Positions 52,234 to 64,000 of a DNA stretch of 64,000 nucleotides are shown here, in pieces. The stretch is from Lama guanicoe (Eukaryota). Location: assembly GCA_013239625.1 (NCBI GenBank), contig MU054323.1, positions 13,749,950-13,813,949 on the forward strand, written 5' to 3'. The translations under genes were made by a program, and so were the position numbers. The notes under the pieces were generated by a model. That model made no database searches. It worked only from the letters and a program-made list of their open reading frames with translations, and was not told the DNA's origin. Position 1 is the first letter of the stretch; each line of letters starts with the position of its first letter.

Positions 52234-54139
52234 TTATAGAGAATATGATCTGTTCCCTGAATTATAAGCTTCTTTAAGACAGGAAATCTGATTATTCATC
52301 TTTCTCTGCATTCATTAAAACCAACACAAGGCATACAGTAGGAGATAAATAATTGTGGCAATAAAGGATGTTCATTAAAAAATGATTTGTAGTCAATTAT
52401 ATTTGGAAAGCACATCTTCTGTCATTTTTTGAGATTCATAATGCATAATAACATAGTAAATGCTTTGACATATTTTCTAATAGGTAGATTTTGTTTTAAA
52501 ACTTCATCTTTCAAACTTATTTCACTACATATTCCTTGTGTGTGTGTGTGAAAGAGGGAGAGAGAGAATCCCATAGAATACAATTTGGGAAACAGCTCAT
52601 TTGTTGTGAGATCTGGGGCTTAGTTGGTAGAATACATGATCGTCTATCAGATAGCTGAGTTCACCCTGGCCAGGGCCTAGATTCTGCTCTCCACATAATA
52701 CATATAGAAGATATTGATTGAAGGGCTTTAGAGTAGAAACCAAAGGTGGACGTTCAGGAAACTGGAATAGAAAATATTTAAGGACTCGGAACCTTCTGTG
52801 GAATTGGGGAAGGAGGTTTGTAATCTGAAACTCCATGTGAGAATGGTCATACAGTAAACATCCTCTCCCCGGAGAAATACTGTTTCTGAATATTGAAAGT
52901 AATGCATGTTCATAATGTGTGGGGGGTTATTTATTTATTTATTTTTGAGCCTCTTTTGTTTTTTTTAGAAGTCCTTTTATTCCTTTTTGGAGGAATGTCA
53001 GCTTTCAATCTGAAGTTGGTATTTAAAGTACTAGCATTTTCCTCGCGTAAAGATTTTTGAAACAAGTAAAACATCAAATCCTTATCCTTGGGTTTCCATG
53101 ATTGAAATTTTGGTTGGAATTGAATCACATTTATCTAAAAATTAGACATGGTTGATATATAATACATGGAGCAAGAGGAAAAAGATCAAACCTTCTTGTT
53201 TGTCTAGTTTTGTATCTTCCTGTGAGTCGATGCATAAAAGTGTAAGTGAGAAGTGGAGCTGCCTGAAACTACTTGGTATAACATATTTTTTTCCCAGAGT
53301 AAAAACACTTGGTTACTTCTTGGTTTATGAGGCAGTGAAATATTCCAGCACATAAATATTGACACTGAGACCCATGGGATGTAGGAGTGCTAAGCACACT
53401 TGCAAGACATAAAGACCAAAACTAAATGAAGTTACATCTTTTCCTATAAAATGCAATCTGTCCCTCAATGGATTTTACCATCCTGTTGATTTTATTTCCT
53501 CTATCTTTATAATTAGAGATATCCTGCTGGCCTGTTGAAAACACCAATAATATTTCTTCCTGAACGTTAGCCAACCTACTAATTATGCTTAAAATTCTGA
53601 TTAGGCGTTTACAGCTAAAATTAGCACATTAGGGAAATAACGGGATTTTGAGCAGGAAAGCTGAGAACAGGAAAATGGCTAAGTAAAGGCATTAAAAATA
53701 ATCTATAGGAATAATATTCTGAAATGAAATAAGTTTTTAAAAATTAAAAATAATATATTGCATTTAACTTGCCTTGGAGCAGGAAGAATCTGAATTCTGC
53801 ATATTGAATATAGCTGCCCTAACATTTATTTTTTATCTATATGGACAGGGGCACCATGGTAACAGGGCAGAAGTTAGCATATCTAGATGCAGGTGCTGTA
53901 GGTATATAGATATTAGAATTCTCTTGTAGAAAATTGCATAAAACAGATTTGGGACACATTGTCTTGGATCCCAAGGATTGGTGAAAAAAATGCATTTCCC
54001 AATCAGACCCTGCTTTTCAGCACCATATAAGAATCCCCTGGTGGGCCATGAAGCTTTAGAAATCTTACTTCAGTTGTATTAATCTCTGTTCTCCCTTCAG
54101 ATCATAATATCTTTGAGACTAGAGAGAATAATAATGTAT

Positions 54140-54606
54140 CCATTAAACAAACATTTATCTCAAATCTGCTAGATTTCAGGCATTGTTCTAGGTATATAAT
54201 CGTGGTTCTTGCTTTCAAGGAGTTTATATTCTAGTGTTGGGGGAGAGACAGATAATAAGCAAATGAAGGACTGAATATACTTCATATACTCACAAGTGCT
54301 GAATAGTAAATGAAGCAGGTAACAAGGAATGAGGGTCATCCAAGAAAGCCTTTTGGAGAATGGAACTTTAGTGCTAGAATTCAGTGTGAAGAAAGAGCCA
54401 GTCCCAAAACGGCATATTGAAATAAGGGAAATAAGTACCAAGGTGTTAGAGTGGGAGAGCTTTAGTTTCAAGACAGAGAAGATCAGCAGAGGGGCTGGAG
54501 CAAAGGATCTGTTGGGAGAGAAGAGCCAGATGAGATTTGAGAGGCTGGCAGATGCAGACTGCATAGGGCCTCGTAAGGCTATGTTAACACTGACCTTTTA
54601 CTGAAT
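54140..54606 (-). mobile_element. L2 fragment
   Basis: caaacatttat...caggcattgttctagg...caaggagtttatattctagt...gggagagacagataataa...tagggcctcgtaagg. Confidence 0.78.
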
Positions 54607-54667
54607 GCTTTACCTACATGGTCTCACTTGGCAAAACCACAACTCTGATTTAAATTTCACCTCTCTG

Positions 54668-56872
54668 TCTTTTCCTCTAAGATGTGAACATGACAGTGAT
54701 GGTGACTGTCACCACTTCTATCGCATGTAGTACTGGAAATCCTAGACAGAACAGTCGGGCAAGAAAAAAGAAATAAAAGACATCCAGATTGGAAAAGAAG
54801 TAAAATTATCTCTGTTTGCAGATGACATGACTTATATTTAGAAATCCCTAAAGACTCCACCAAAAAAGCTGTTAAAACATAAATTCATCAGAGTTGAGGG
54901 ATACAAAATCAACATGCAAAAGTCAGTTGCATTTCTATACACTAACAATGAACAATCAAAGTGAGGAATTAAGAAAACAATCTCATTTACTGTGGCATTA
55001 CAAAGAATAAGATACTTAGAAAATAAATTTAACCAAGAACATGAGAGATGTGTGTACTGAAAACTATAAAATACTGATGAAAGAAATCAAAACAGACACA
55101 AATGAATGGAAAGACATCTTGTGTTCCTGGGCAGTAAGATTTAATACTGTTAAAATGTCCACATTATTCAAAGGGTGATCAACAGATTCAATGCAATCCC
55201 TGTCAAAATCCCAATGACATTTTTATAGACATAGAAAAAAATTCTATAATTCATATGGAACTGCCAAGGGCCCCAAATAGCCAAAACAACTTTGTGAAAG
55301 AATGAAGCTGGAGGCATCACCCCTCCTGATTTCATAATATATTACAAAGCTACAGTAATTTAAAGAGTATAGTACTGACATAAAAATAGACATATAAACC
55401 AATGGAACAGAATAGAGAGCCCAGAAATAAACCTTTACATGTATGGTCAAATGATCTTCGACAAAGGTGCCAAGCATACACAATGGGGAAAGGATTATCT
55501 CTTTAATGGGAAAACTCAATGCTCCCTTGCAAAAAAATGAAATTAGGTCCTTATCTTATACCATACACAAAAATCAACTCAAAATGGTTTAAAGACTTGA
55601 ACATAAGACCTAAAACTCCTAGAAGAAAATATAGGGGAAAAGCTTCATGATACTGGTCTTGGCAATGACTTCTTGGATATGACACCAAAACACAGGCAAC
55701 AAAAGTAAAAAGAGATAAGTGGACTACATTAATCTAAGAAGCCTCTGTACAGCGGAGAATACAGAGCAAAAAGGTAACCTATGGAGTGAAACCTGTGAAG
55801 AAACTATTGACAAACCACATGTCTGATAAGGGGTTAATCTCCAAAATATACAATGAATTCCTACAACTCAATGGGAAAGCCAAATAATCTGATTAAAAGA
55901 TGGGCAGAGGATTTGAATAGATTTTTTTTCCCACAGTGGTAACATACAAATGGCCAACAGGTATATAAAAAGATGCTTAATATCATTGATCATTAAGGAA
56001 ATTCAAATCATAATCACAAAGAGGTATCAATCACCTCACACCTGTTAGAATGGATTAAAAAAAATAATAATAAATGTGGAGAACTTGGTTTCATTGTATC
56101 CTGTTGGAATGTAAATTGGTACAGCCACTGTGAAAAACATGGAAGTTCCTCAGAAAACTAAAAATAGAACTGCTATGTGACTCAGCAGTCCTACACTTAG
56201 GTATATATTCAAAGGAATTTAGTTAGTATCTTGAAGAAATACCTGTACCCCCATATTCATTATAATGATCATCTGCTCCATATTCATGCAGCATTATTGA
56301 CAAACACCAAGACAAAGAAGCAGTGTAAGTGTCCATCAATGAAAGAATGGGTAAAAAATATGCTATACATACAAGGGAATATTATTTAGTCTTAAAGGAA
56401 ATCTTGGCATTTGCAACAGCATGGATAAACCTAGAGGGCATTATACAAAGTGAAAAAAGCCAAACACAGAAGGACAAATACTCCAGGATCCCACTTACCT
56501 GAGGAATCTAGTCAGACTCATAGAAGCGTTGAAAGGAATGGTTGTTTCCAGGTGATGGGGAGAGAGGGAAATGGGGAGGTATTAGTCAAAGAAAATAAAA
56601 TTTCAGTTATACAAGATGACTGAGTCCTAGAAATCTATATACCATAGTGCATATAGTCAATACTGTATTGTATGTTAACAAATTTGCTAAGAGGATAGAT
56701 CTTATATTAAGTGTTCTTATAACAAAATAATATAAATAAGAAGGAAGGAAACTTTTGGAGGTGATGGATAGGTTTTGGGCATAAATTGTGCTGATGGTTT
56801 CATGGGTGTATATTTACCTTTAGACTCATTAAGTTGCATACACTATGGATAGCGTTTTGTATGTCAAAAAAA
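54668..56872 (+). mobile_element. Old L1 (L1MB/L1MC-age): RT through 3'UTR, degraded
   Basis: ctctgtttgcagatgacatga (SLFADDM), gaagctggaggcatcac and ccaatggaacagaatagagagcccagaaataaac; 3'UTR ggaaacttttggaggtgatgga; many stops and indels. Confidence 0.92.
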
Positions 56873-57462
56873 GAACAGACAAAAAAACCTGTCTTCGTAT
56901 AATGGGATAAGTCTTAGTGCCCTTGTCCTCAGTAAGGCTGATAATAGAAAACTGTATTTCTGAACTGTTACTCTACTCTTGCCAAAGAAATACCTGTTCA
57001 TGGATTCCTTTTAATGATATAGAGGATCCATAGGAGGACTGGTCATGTGATGAGCACTTCTGTTTCTTACAAAGGTGACTGCTGAATTTGATGGTTATTT
57101 GATTGCTCACCTTTCCCTGTGTAAGTATCCAGGTGAAAACAGGGATTTTAAAGTTTAGACTTATAAATATTTCTCTATCCTAAAAATTTGACAGTGGCTT
57201 TTTGCTCTTCCTCTCTCCTCCTTTTCTACCTTTTCCTTCTTTGATTATTTTGCCATGACTATCAGGAAACTCAAATACAAATTTAATTATAAAAATACAA
57301 TAACTGCAGGAGCCTAGGTAGATATTAATTTGCATTTCCCAGTAACTATAGGCTTGAAAGTTTCCATTTCTATTATATACCTCATACCTTATATCTATCT
57401 ATCTATTCTTTGGGCTTTTTAGCTTTCTAACTGTAATTCCCTTTACCCTTTCACTAATTATT

Positions 57463-57912
57463 TGTGCTCTGTCCGCATTGCCTCAGATCCTTCAACTTAT
57501 CCTCCCAAGTTGTGTGGACTTTCTTCCAGTGGTTTATATAAGGATTCTCTTGGAGAATTGTCTCTGGCTACTAAATCTGCATTAACAGTTTACACAGAAC
57601 TGGAAGTACCTGCAAATTCACATCCTTCTGGAGTGGCCCTTGGCAAATGACTGATTAAAGCCTAGCTTCTTTGCCTCCAGTCTGGATAAACTGTGATGTG
57701 TAATTTATACTGTAGAGCTTTTAGCTCCAACAGGCTGAGGCTGAGACTGATGGTGAAAGTGGGGCTAGGACTTCACATGGAATCAGACCCTTGCATGACT
57801 TCTTCGTCCTGCTTTCCTCATTCCATTACTGGTTACTCTTGGGAGCATTTCCTTCATAAATTGCCTGCACATGAATTCTCCTCTCGATGTTTGATCTAGT
57901 GAACCTTATACA
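57463..57912 (+). mobile_element. LTR33/LTR16-like ERVL solo LTR
   Basis: acagaactggaagtacctg...ggagtggcccttggcaaatgactga...tgggagcatttccttcataaattgcctgcacatgaattctc. Confidence 0.65.
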
Positions 57913-58124
57913 ATGTATTAAATTTGGATCTTCACACACACACACAGTCTTAGAACACTGACTGTAAAAGAAAAGGGATGGATATTAACTTTTAAAATTA
58001 ATTAAAGCATAGAAATAGTGCGAGTAAAACCACATAACTATCCCAGCCCTAGGGTAATTAATAACAAGTCCTTATTAGAAGAAGCAAACTTCTTTGGGGA
58101 TATTGTTGATGAAATGTAGGTACT

Positions 58125-58315
58125 AACCTACAGTGGGAGGAGTGAAGCAGAGTGGTGGCTTTGAAGTCAAACAGCATGTGAATTCTGACTATGCCACTCA
58201 TTAGACGTACAACGCTATGTCTATACGTCTTACTTTTCTTATCTCTAAAGTGAGAATCATAATACCTACCTTGTAGGAATGTTGAGATGGTTGAAAATTG
58301 TGATGTGTAAGACAA
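58125..58315 (+). mobile_element. MIR SINE fragment
   Basis: ggctttgaagtcaaacag...tgaattctgactatgccactcattag...tcttatctctaaagtgag...aatacctaccttgtagg. Confidence 0.72.
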
Positions 58316-61300
58316 TCGCTTCAGGAAGATACATTCTCCAAAATACGCTTTTAGAGATTTAGAGATAACATTTTATTTAAAGAGAAATAAGATACTTAAA
58401 TACAAAGAAGGGAAATCTCAGAGTGGACTGGAATGAGAAAGGAAAACCAATAGAAAGTCATCACTAAGATGCAAGAGTCAAGGCAAGAAAAAGAAAAAAA
58501 TAATGATTAACTGCAGATTTCTTTTAGTTGTTAATTAAAGGAAGAAAGAAGATTAAAATCAGAAGAGAAACTGGACATTAATAACTGTTCACTGTTGAAT
58601 TTAGTACAATACGGATCACAGAGAAGACTCTTCTAAAAGAGAATCTGTTTGAATATTGTTTAAAATTTGTTGTATATACCTCTTGCCCACATGAACCTCA
58701 TAATAAACCTTACATTGCTCTTATTCCACATGTGGAGTCAGTCTTTTCCAAAACAACAACAACAAAAATAAAACTTTTAGTGCTTTTTATAGAGTATCTA
58801 ATTAAAGAAGCTTTCAGAATATCACTATGGTTAGATATCTAGGCTGTGAGGATGTTACCAGATCGTTGTAGTCAGTATTCTGGAGACTGGAAAGGGCGCA
58901 CCAGGATATCAGCAACTTGTGTAGAACGTTATTTCAGCCAGGACTGTATGTCTGGACATGCTACTAGTTATAAGATCACAGTAGTAATGAGGGCTAATTC
59001 AATTCAACTATTTTAAGCAATAGGACATTTATTTGTTTAAATTAATTTAAAGAAATATTGCCAAATAAGTGAAAGATTCAGGCTTTCTCATTTGCAGTAG
59101 AGGAATTGTTGACAATGATAATCAGAATGACAGTTATAAAATTAAGAAGTCCAATGAGAGAAATTGATGACTATAGGGGAAAAAACATTTATTAGAAACA
59201 TTCACTTTTGGGGATGGTTTGGCTATGGAAGTGGAGCAAAATAACAGTGAGTCTGATTCTGGGCACAGTTAATAGGAAAGATACTGATTATCCACCACCC
59301 TCTCCTCCAAGTGAAACAGACAACTCTATTGGGAAGGTATAGTTCTGGAAAATATCATCGGAAGATACCAATCAAGACAGAGATTGGAGAAAGAGACTAT
59401 GACCTAATCACTGCCCCCAACTTTTGATTTAGTTCATGGGTACATAGCAACATGCCTTCACTGTGTGGTTGCTATGAACTTTTAGAAAAGGCATATGGTA
59501 TATGCCCAATCCAGAACTTTGATCCAGTTCTTACAGATAAAAGAGAATAGTAGAGGCAGCTTCTGCATATTTATGTGGATTAAATACCAAAGCTGTGGAA
59601 ATAGATGTAGGATGACTAAGCTAGCCAAGAATTATACTCTTGAATTATACAGTTATTCTATTGGGAGACATTTTCTTGAATCTTTGCTAATTGCACTAAA
59701 CATTAAGAGAACTGCCACAGTTCTCTTTGAAACACTTCTATCCAAAGGAGAAGGAAGAGAAAGATCGAGTTTTCGGGAGAAATAGAAATGGTAATGGGTG
59801 ATGGTCAAGTAAAAGCTATTTTTGAGTTAAGATTTAGGGAATACCAAAATATATTTTAGACACTCTACAATAGAATATTAACTTGGGGGAAATAGTTTTA
59901 AGTTTTTCTGGTTGAGAACAGATTCAGTTACAGAATAGGAAAAGTCTGAGTCTTATTAATTCAGTGAGAAGGAGGAGCATGTGCTTCTGATAATGCAATA
60001 TGAGATTAGCCATCATGCGTATAATTGTGGGTATCATATGAAATTCACTTTCTTTAATTATGTGTATTCACTTCTATTTAAGAATGAGGATGCTAAGCTT
60101 CTCCACACAAATGTATTTATACTTTCAAATTATTTAATGTAAAAATGGTCTTCTAGTAGGGTTTCAAAATACTGAGAGCCTTAACCTGAGTTTGAATGTC
60201 AAGAAACTGCTTTTAAATTAAACATGTGAGATCTTTTAGATTTTTCTGTTTTTGGAAATGCTTATATTTTGAAATCAAATAATTTATCTGGCTAGACAGA
60301 AAGCATACACCTACCATCTACTAAATTTGTTCTGAGCACATCAGTTTATGTTATATATAACTTTCCAGAGTAAAACTATTAATCTTGTACTATCATGGAT
60401 TCGTGTATGTGCTGAAGTGGCATTTCTGGAAGAGCTGGTAGTTTTGTACTTGTACCATGAAAAACATTGATTAAACACTACAAAGAATCAGCAATAAAAA
60501 CAAATGTATAAACATGTTTTGGTTGAAGTGAAAGGGAGTATAAATCCTTAATTTGACACTAGATTTGTGAGCAAAAAGTAAAAGTTGGGCCGTATGTGGC
60601 ATTTCTTTAGCAAACAGTGGTAAATGTTTAATAAGTTTGTGATGAAACAAATTCATCTTCTGGTTATTGACCTGTTCAAATTTGCTGTCCATGTATCGTC
60701 CTCTAGAGGAAGATCCTTATTCACTTTTAAACTGACCACTTAAAAAAGTATCAGATAAAATTTTCTCTGTGGACTGGGTTAGGTCAGTAATTAAATTTTC
60801 TTGAGTCAGTAAATAAATTACAAAAAATAAAATTAATGTTATATTTCATAAAGGTGAACAGTCTATCAAAAAACTGCCTCTTTATTCTGGGATTATTTCT
60901 TATTTACTATGTGGTTTTAAATTTCCCTTTTAGGAAATGATAGTGATGATAGGACTTAGGTTTTTATCTTTTTAACTTTCTTTTTTGGCAAAAGAACATT
61001 TGATACCATATGTTGGTCCTCATTTTGTAAAATTCCCTAATTAGTAAATTTTAGGACTGGTTTATATTTAGCATCATACAGCTGTATTGGCTGTGAAAAT
61101 ACTGAAGTAAGTTTATAACTATTATTGCCCTGAGTGCTTGCCTCCCCCCTCAACTCTGGCCACTCAGTTTCCTTTCCTGGGACCCCAGACCCAAGATACT
61201 TGAAAGTAAATATCCAAAGAGTTAATGCTTATCACAGCTGGGTTCATCAGGATACTTTCTGACGGCTGGTAAGTATTTTCAATAGAACCCATGGCAAAAT

Positions 61301-62739
61301 CCAAATGCCTAGGAACCATTGGTTTAAAATGAGTGTTATCTGATTCCTTTAAGGAAGACAAAAAAATACTATTGGTTCTCAGCCATGTAATCCCATAAAA
61401 ACTGTAATCAGGGCAATCTAGCAATTCTTAGTTTAATAAACATAAGGATAGATTTTTTCCCTCCCTTCCTAGAGAGTTCAGTATAAAAAATTTCCATAAA
61501 TAAAAGCACAAGAGTTTATGCTTCTTTGGCATAGTATAGGATGATAAAGATTGGGGAGGCCTTTTAAGTGCAGAAAATACGAGAGAGATGGACACCTTGT
61601 ACCTTTCTCTTTTTTCTCAGAATTTTTCCCTCAGTAAGAGAAATATGATCTATGTAACTAGGAAGAAAAATGCATCGACTGAAAAAAAATGCAGCCTTGA
61701 CAAAAGCAAGCTCTGGGACAAAAAGATGAGGCCAAATACCTAAATAGCTTAAAGGACAACATTAAGCAAAGTGATTAAAGAAGTTTAAAATCTTGTTTTA
61801 AATTTGTTAGAGCACATTTAAAAAGAAAATACCTCTCTCTCCTTTGTTCTTACATGCTTGTGTCCCAAGCAAAAGATAGGAGGACCAGAATGAGTGGTTA
61901 ACTTGGACTGACCTTTGAACAGCTGCCCCATTAAACTTCAGAGAGTGCATCCCCAGTGTTGCAATCAAGTGACTACATCCAGTGCTCCCCTGCACGTTAC
62001 AGCTGAAGAAGCACTTCAAAGAGGCGACTAACCCTCTTTGGGATCTGAATCACCAAAATATGTGATGCTCTTACATGAATTATATTGTCATTTAAAGTAT
62101 AAACTTTATTTCTCTGCCCTTTGAGAAAAGGTGAAGCTGGTCATCTTGATTTTACTTCTTTTATTCCTTGAAGCTCCACTGATATTTATGCAGAAGAAAA
62201 GGGATGCATTGACAGTTTTCTATTAGAAAATGCATAAATAAAATATTTTGATACCACATAGAAGTTTAAATATTGAGGATGTGGTTATATGACTCTGGCT
62301 TAAGGTTTTCACATTGATTATCTTTGGAGAGAGGTCTGAGTTAGAGATGGTTAATGAGCACACTGAAATGAGCAGAGAAAATGCCACTGCAGGTGTTTGC
62401 TTTAATGGGGTGTTGATGGAAAACCTAGGTCACCTAAGTAGGGAAATGAGTGAAAGAGAGAAAGTGTTGAAGTGGTTAATATAAAACACAGATCTGTGAC
62501 CGTGCCAGGCTTTAATTCCTAGAATTGTTTTGGCTTCTCTTGTTTGAGAATGCTGCTTTGCTAAGTGTTGTACAAGCCCAATTAGTTTCTTATAAGGACA
62601 GGGCAATTAGAGTGGAGATTTCAGAGAAAAGATTATTTAATCACACATAGGAAGCTAAAAATTCCTTATATTCATTTCACAAACTTGTCAGATAAAATGA
62701 ATTACGTCTCTAGGGCTTCTTGGTCTATTCTCTTTAACT

Positions 62740-63660
62740 TTAAATATTGGAAAATTTATCTCATATACATATATAGTAGCAGAGAGACTAGTATAATGAA
62801 CTATCTGTTCAGCCTCAAAAATTAATTTCCCTACGAACTCCTGGCCCCTCTCATCCCCCAGATTATTTTACAGCAAATACAGGCATTATATCATATCATT
62901 TGTTATATTTCAATATACATCTTTAAATAATAGTCTTTTAAAATATATCTACAACCCCATTGTCATACTAAAAAGTGCTATATCATATTTGTCATACCAT
63001 AAATAGCTAATTTCTTAATATAATAAAATGTGTGGTGGTCAAATTTTTATTTATCTTACTTTTTTAATGGTTTCTATGACTCTAATGGACTTGAAGTAAT
63101 GTCTGTATATTGCAATTGATGACTGTGTCTCTCAGGTCCCTTTTAATATATAGGATTCCTTTCTGCTTCACTTTCTTGCATTTTTCTTTGGTTTTTGATT
63201 GTTGTAGGACCTGGGCTGTTTGTATACAGGGTAGATTTTGTTGATTTACATCCCTGAGGTGTTGTTTACGTGTTGCTCTAATTCCTATATCTTATGTAAA
63301 TTGTTGGTTAGACCTAGAGACTTGATCAAATTTGTTTGATATTTTCAGTCAGACTACTTAAAAGATGTTATTGTTTACTTTCATAAGAATGTACAGAATG
63401 TGCCTAATTGTTTCTTTTTTGTTTGTGTAATGTTAGCAGCCATTGAAGATCTTTACCTAGATCTCTATTTCTTTCATTCCTTCTTTCCATCAAATATTTG
63501 GCTACCCTGAATACAGTTCATAAAATCAAGGCAGAAAAATTGCATGACTCCATCTCATTAGCTATCAGTTTTTCAAATAGTGAATTGATTCCATAGCGTC
63601 CTCTGAAGAAGATAAGTGATACTTAAAATTTTATTTTTAGTATCAGTATAAACTCATGTG
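62740..63660 (-). mobile_element. Very old L1 3'UTR fragment (L1MC4/5-like)
   Basis: agagagactagtataatgaac...gattattttacagcaaatacaggcattatatcat...ttggttagacctagagacttgatcaaatt. Family assignment from memory. Confidence 0.55.
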
Positions 63661-63864
63661 GTGAAATACCATACGCATTTTATTTATCATGATGACTAAT
63701 GAATACCAAAGTATTTATTGAGGGGAGCAGGTATGGGGGGAACAAAATTTATGATAGATGTTTATTTGTATAACATTATGTATATATTACTAGCTAAAAA
63801 AGAGCCTCAAAAATTTAAATTTATATGTTAAATTGAAAATATATAAACCAGGCCTATGAGAAAG

Positions 63865-64000
63865 GTTGTAGGACATTAAACATGGTGAATGTCATACACT
63901 TTGGAAAAAGTCTTGATAGCTTTACTACTAGTGGTTAACTTGGGAAAATATTTGTGTGTGTTTGAGCCTCTGCTTCCTTACCTGTCATAGGAGTATATTA
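63865..64000 (+). mobile_element. MIR SINE fragment (runs to the window edge)
   Basis: tttactactagtggttaacttgggaaa...tttgagcctctgcttccttacctgtcatagg. Confidence 0.6.

Noticed and set aside
52597..52913. Minus-strand ORFs of 79 and 61 aa in unique DNA
   Set aside because: No recognisable homology or convincing splice signals; lengths are within chance expectation.

Overview
AT-rich, CpG-depleted mammalian genomic DNA. A tRNA-Ala-derived Vic-1-type SINE at ~47111 points to a camelid (camel, alpaca or llama). I could not recognise any host protein-coding exon, RNA gene or CpG island. The window is a layered record of transposable elements: LINE-1 of several ages, L2, MIR, MaLR/ERVL solo LTRs, and hAT-Charlie and Tigger MITEs. 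The only long ORF is ORF2 of a young, 5'-truncated minus-strand L1 (~25753-30885). It reads 1089 aa through the endonuclease and RT, then hits one in-frame TGA before the C-terminal Cys-rich domain; its ORF1 is truncated and frameshifted. Most L1 pieces lie on the minus strand, which would fit a long intron of a plus-strand gene (inference). The most notable oddities are an ancient ~190-bp segment present twice ~1.1 kb apart, with one copy interrupting an L2; an old L1 that keeps both ends but lacks ~2.5 kb of ORF2; a motif-dense candidate enhancer/promoter at ~12.25-12.36 kb; and a perfect 27-bp tandem duplication. I found no convincing evidence of a novel biological system. Repeat subfamily names come from memory of consensus sequences and need RepeatMasker/Dfam confirmation; boundaries are approximate.
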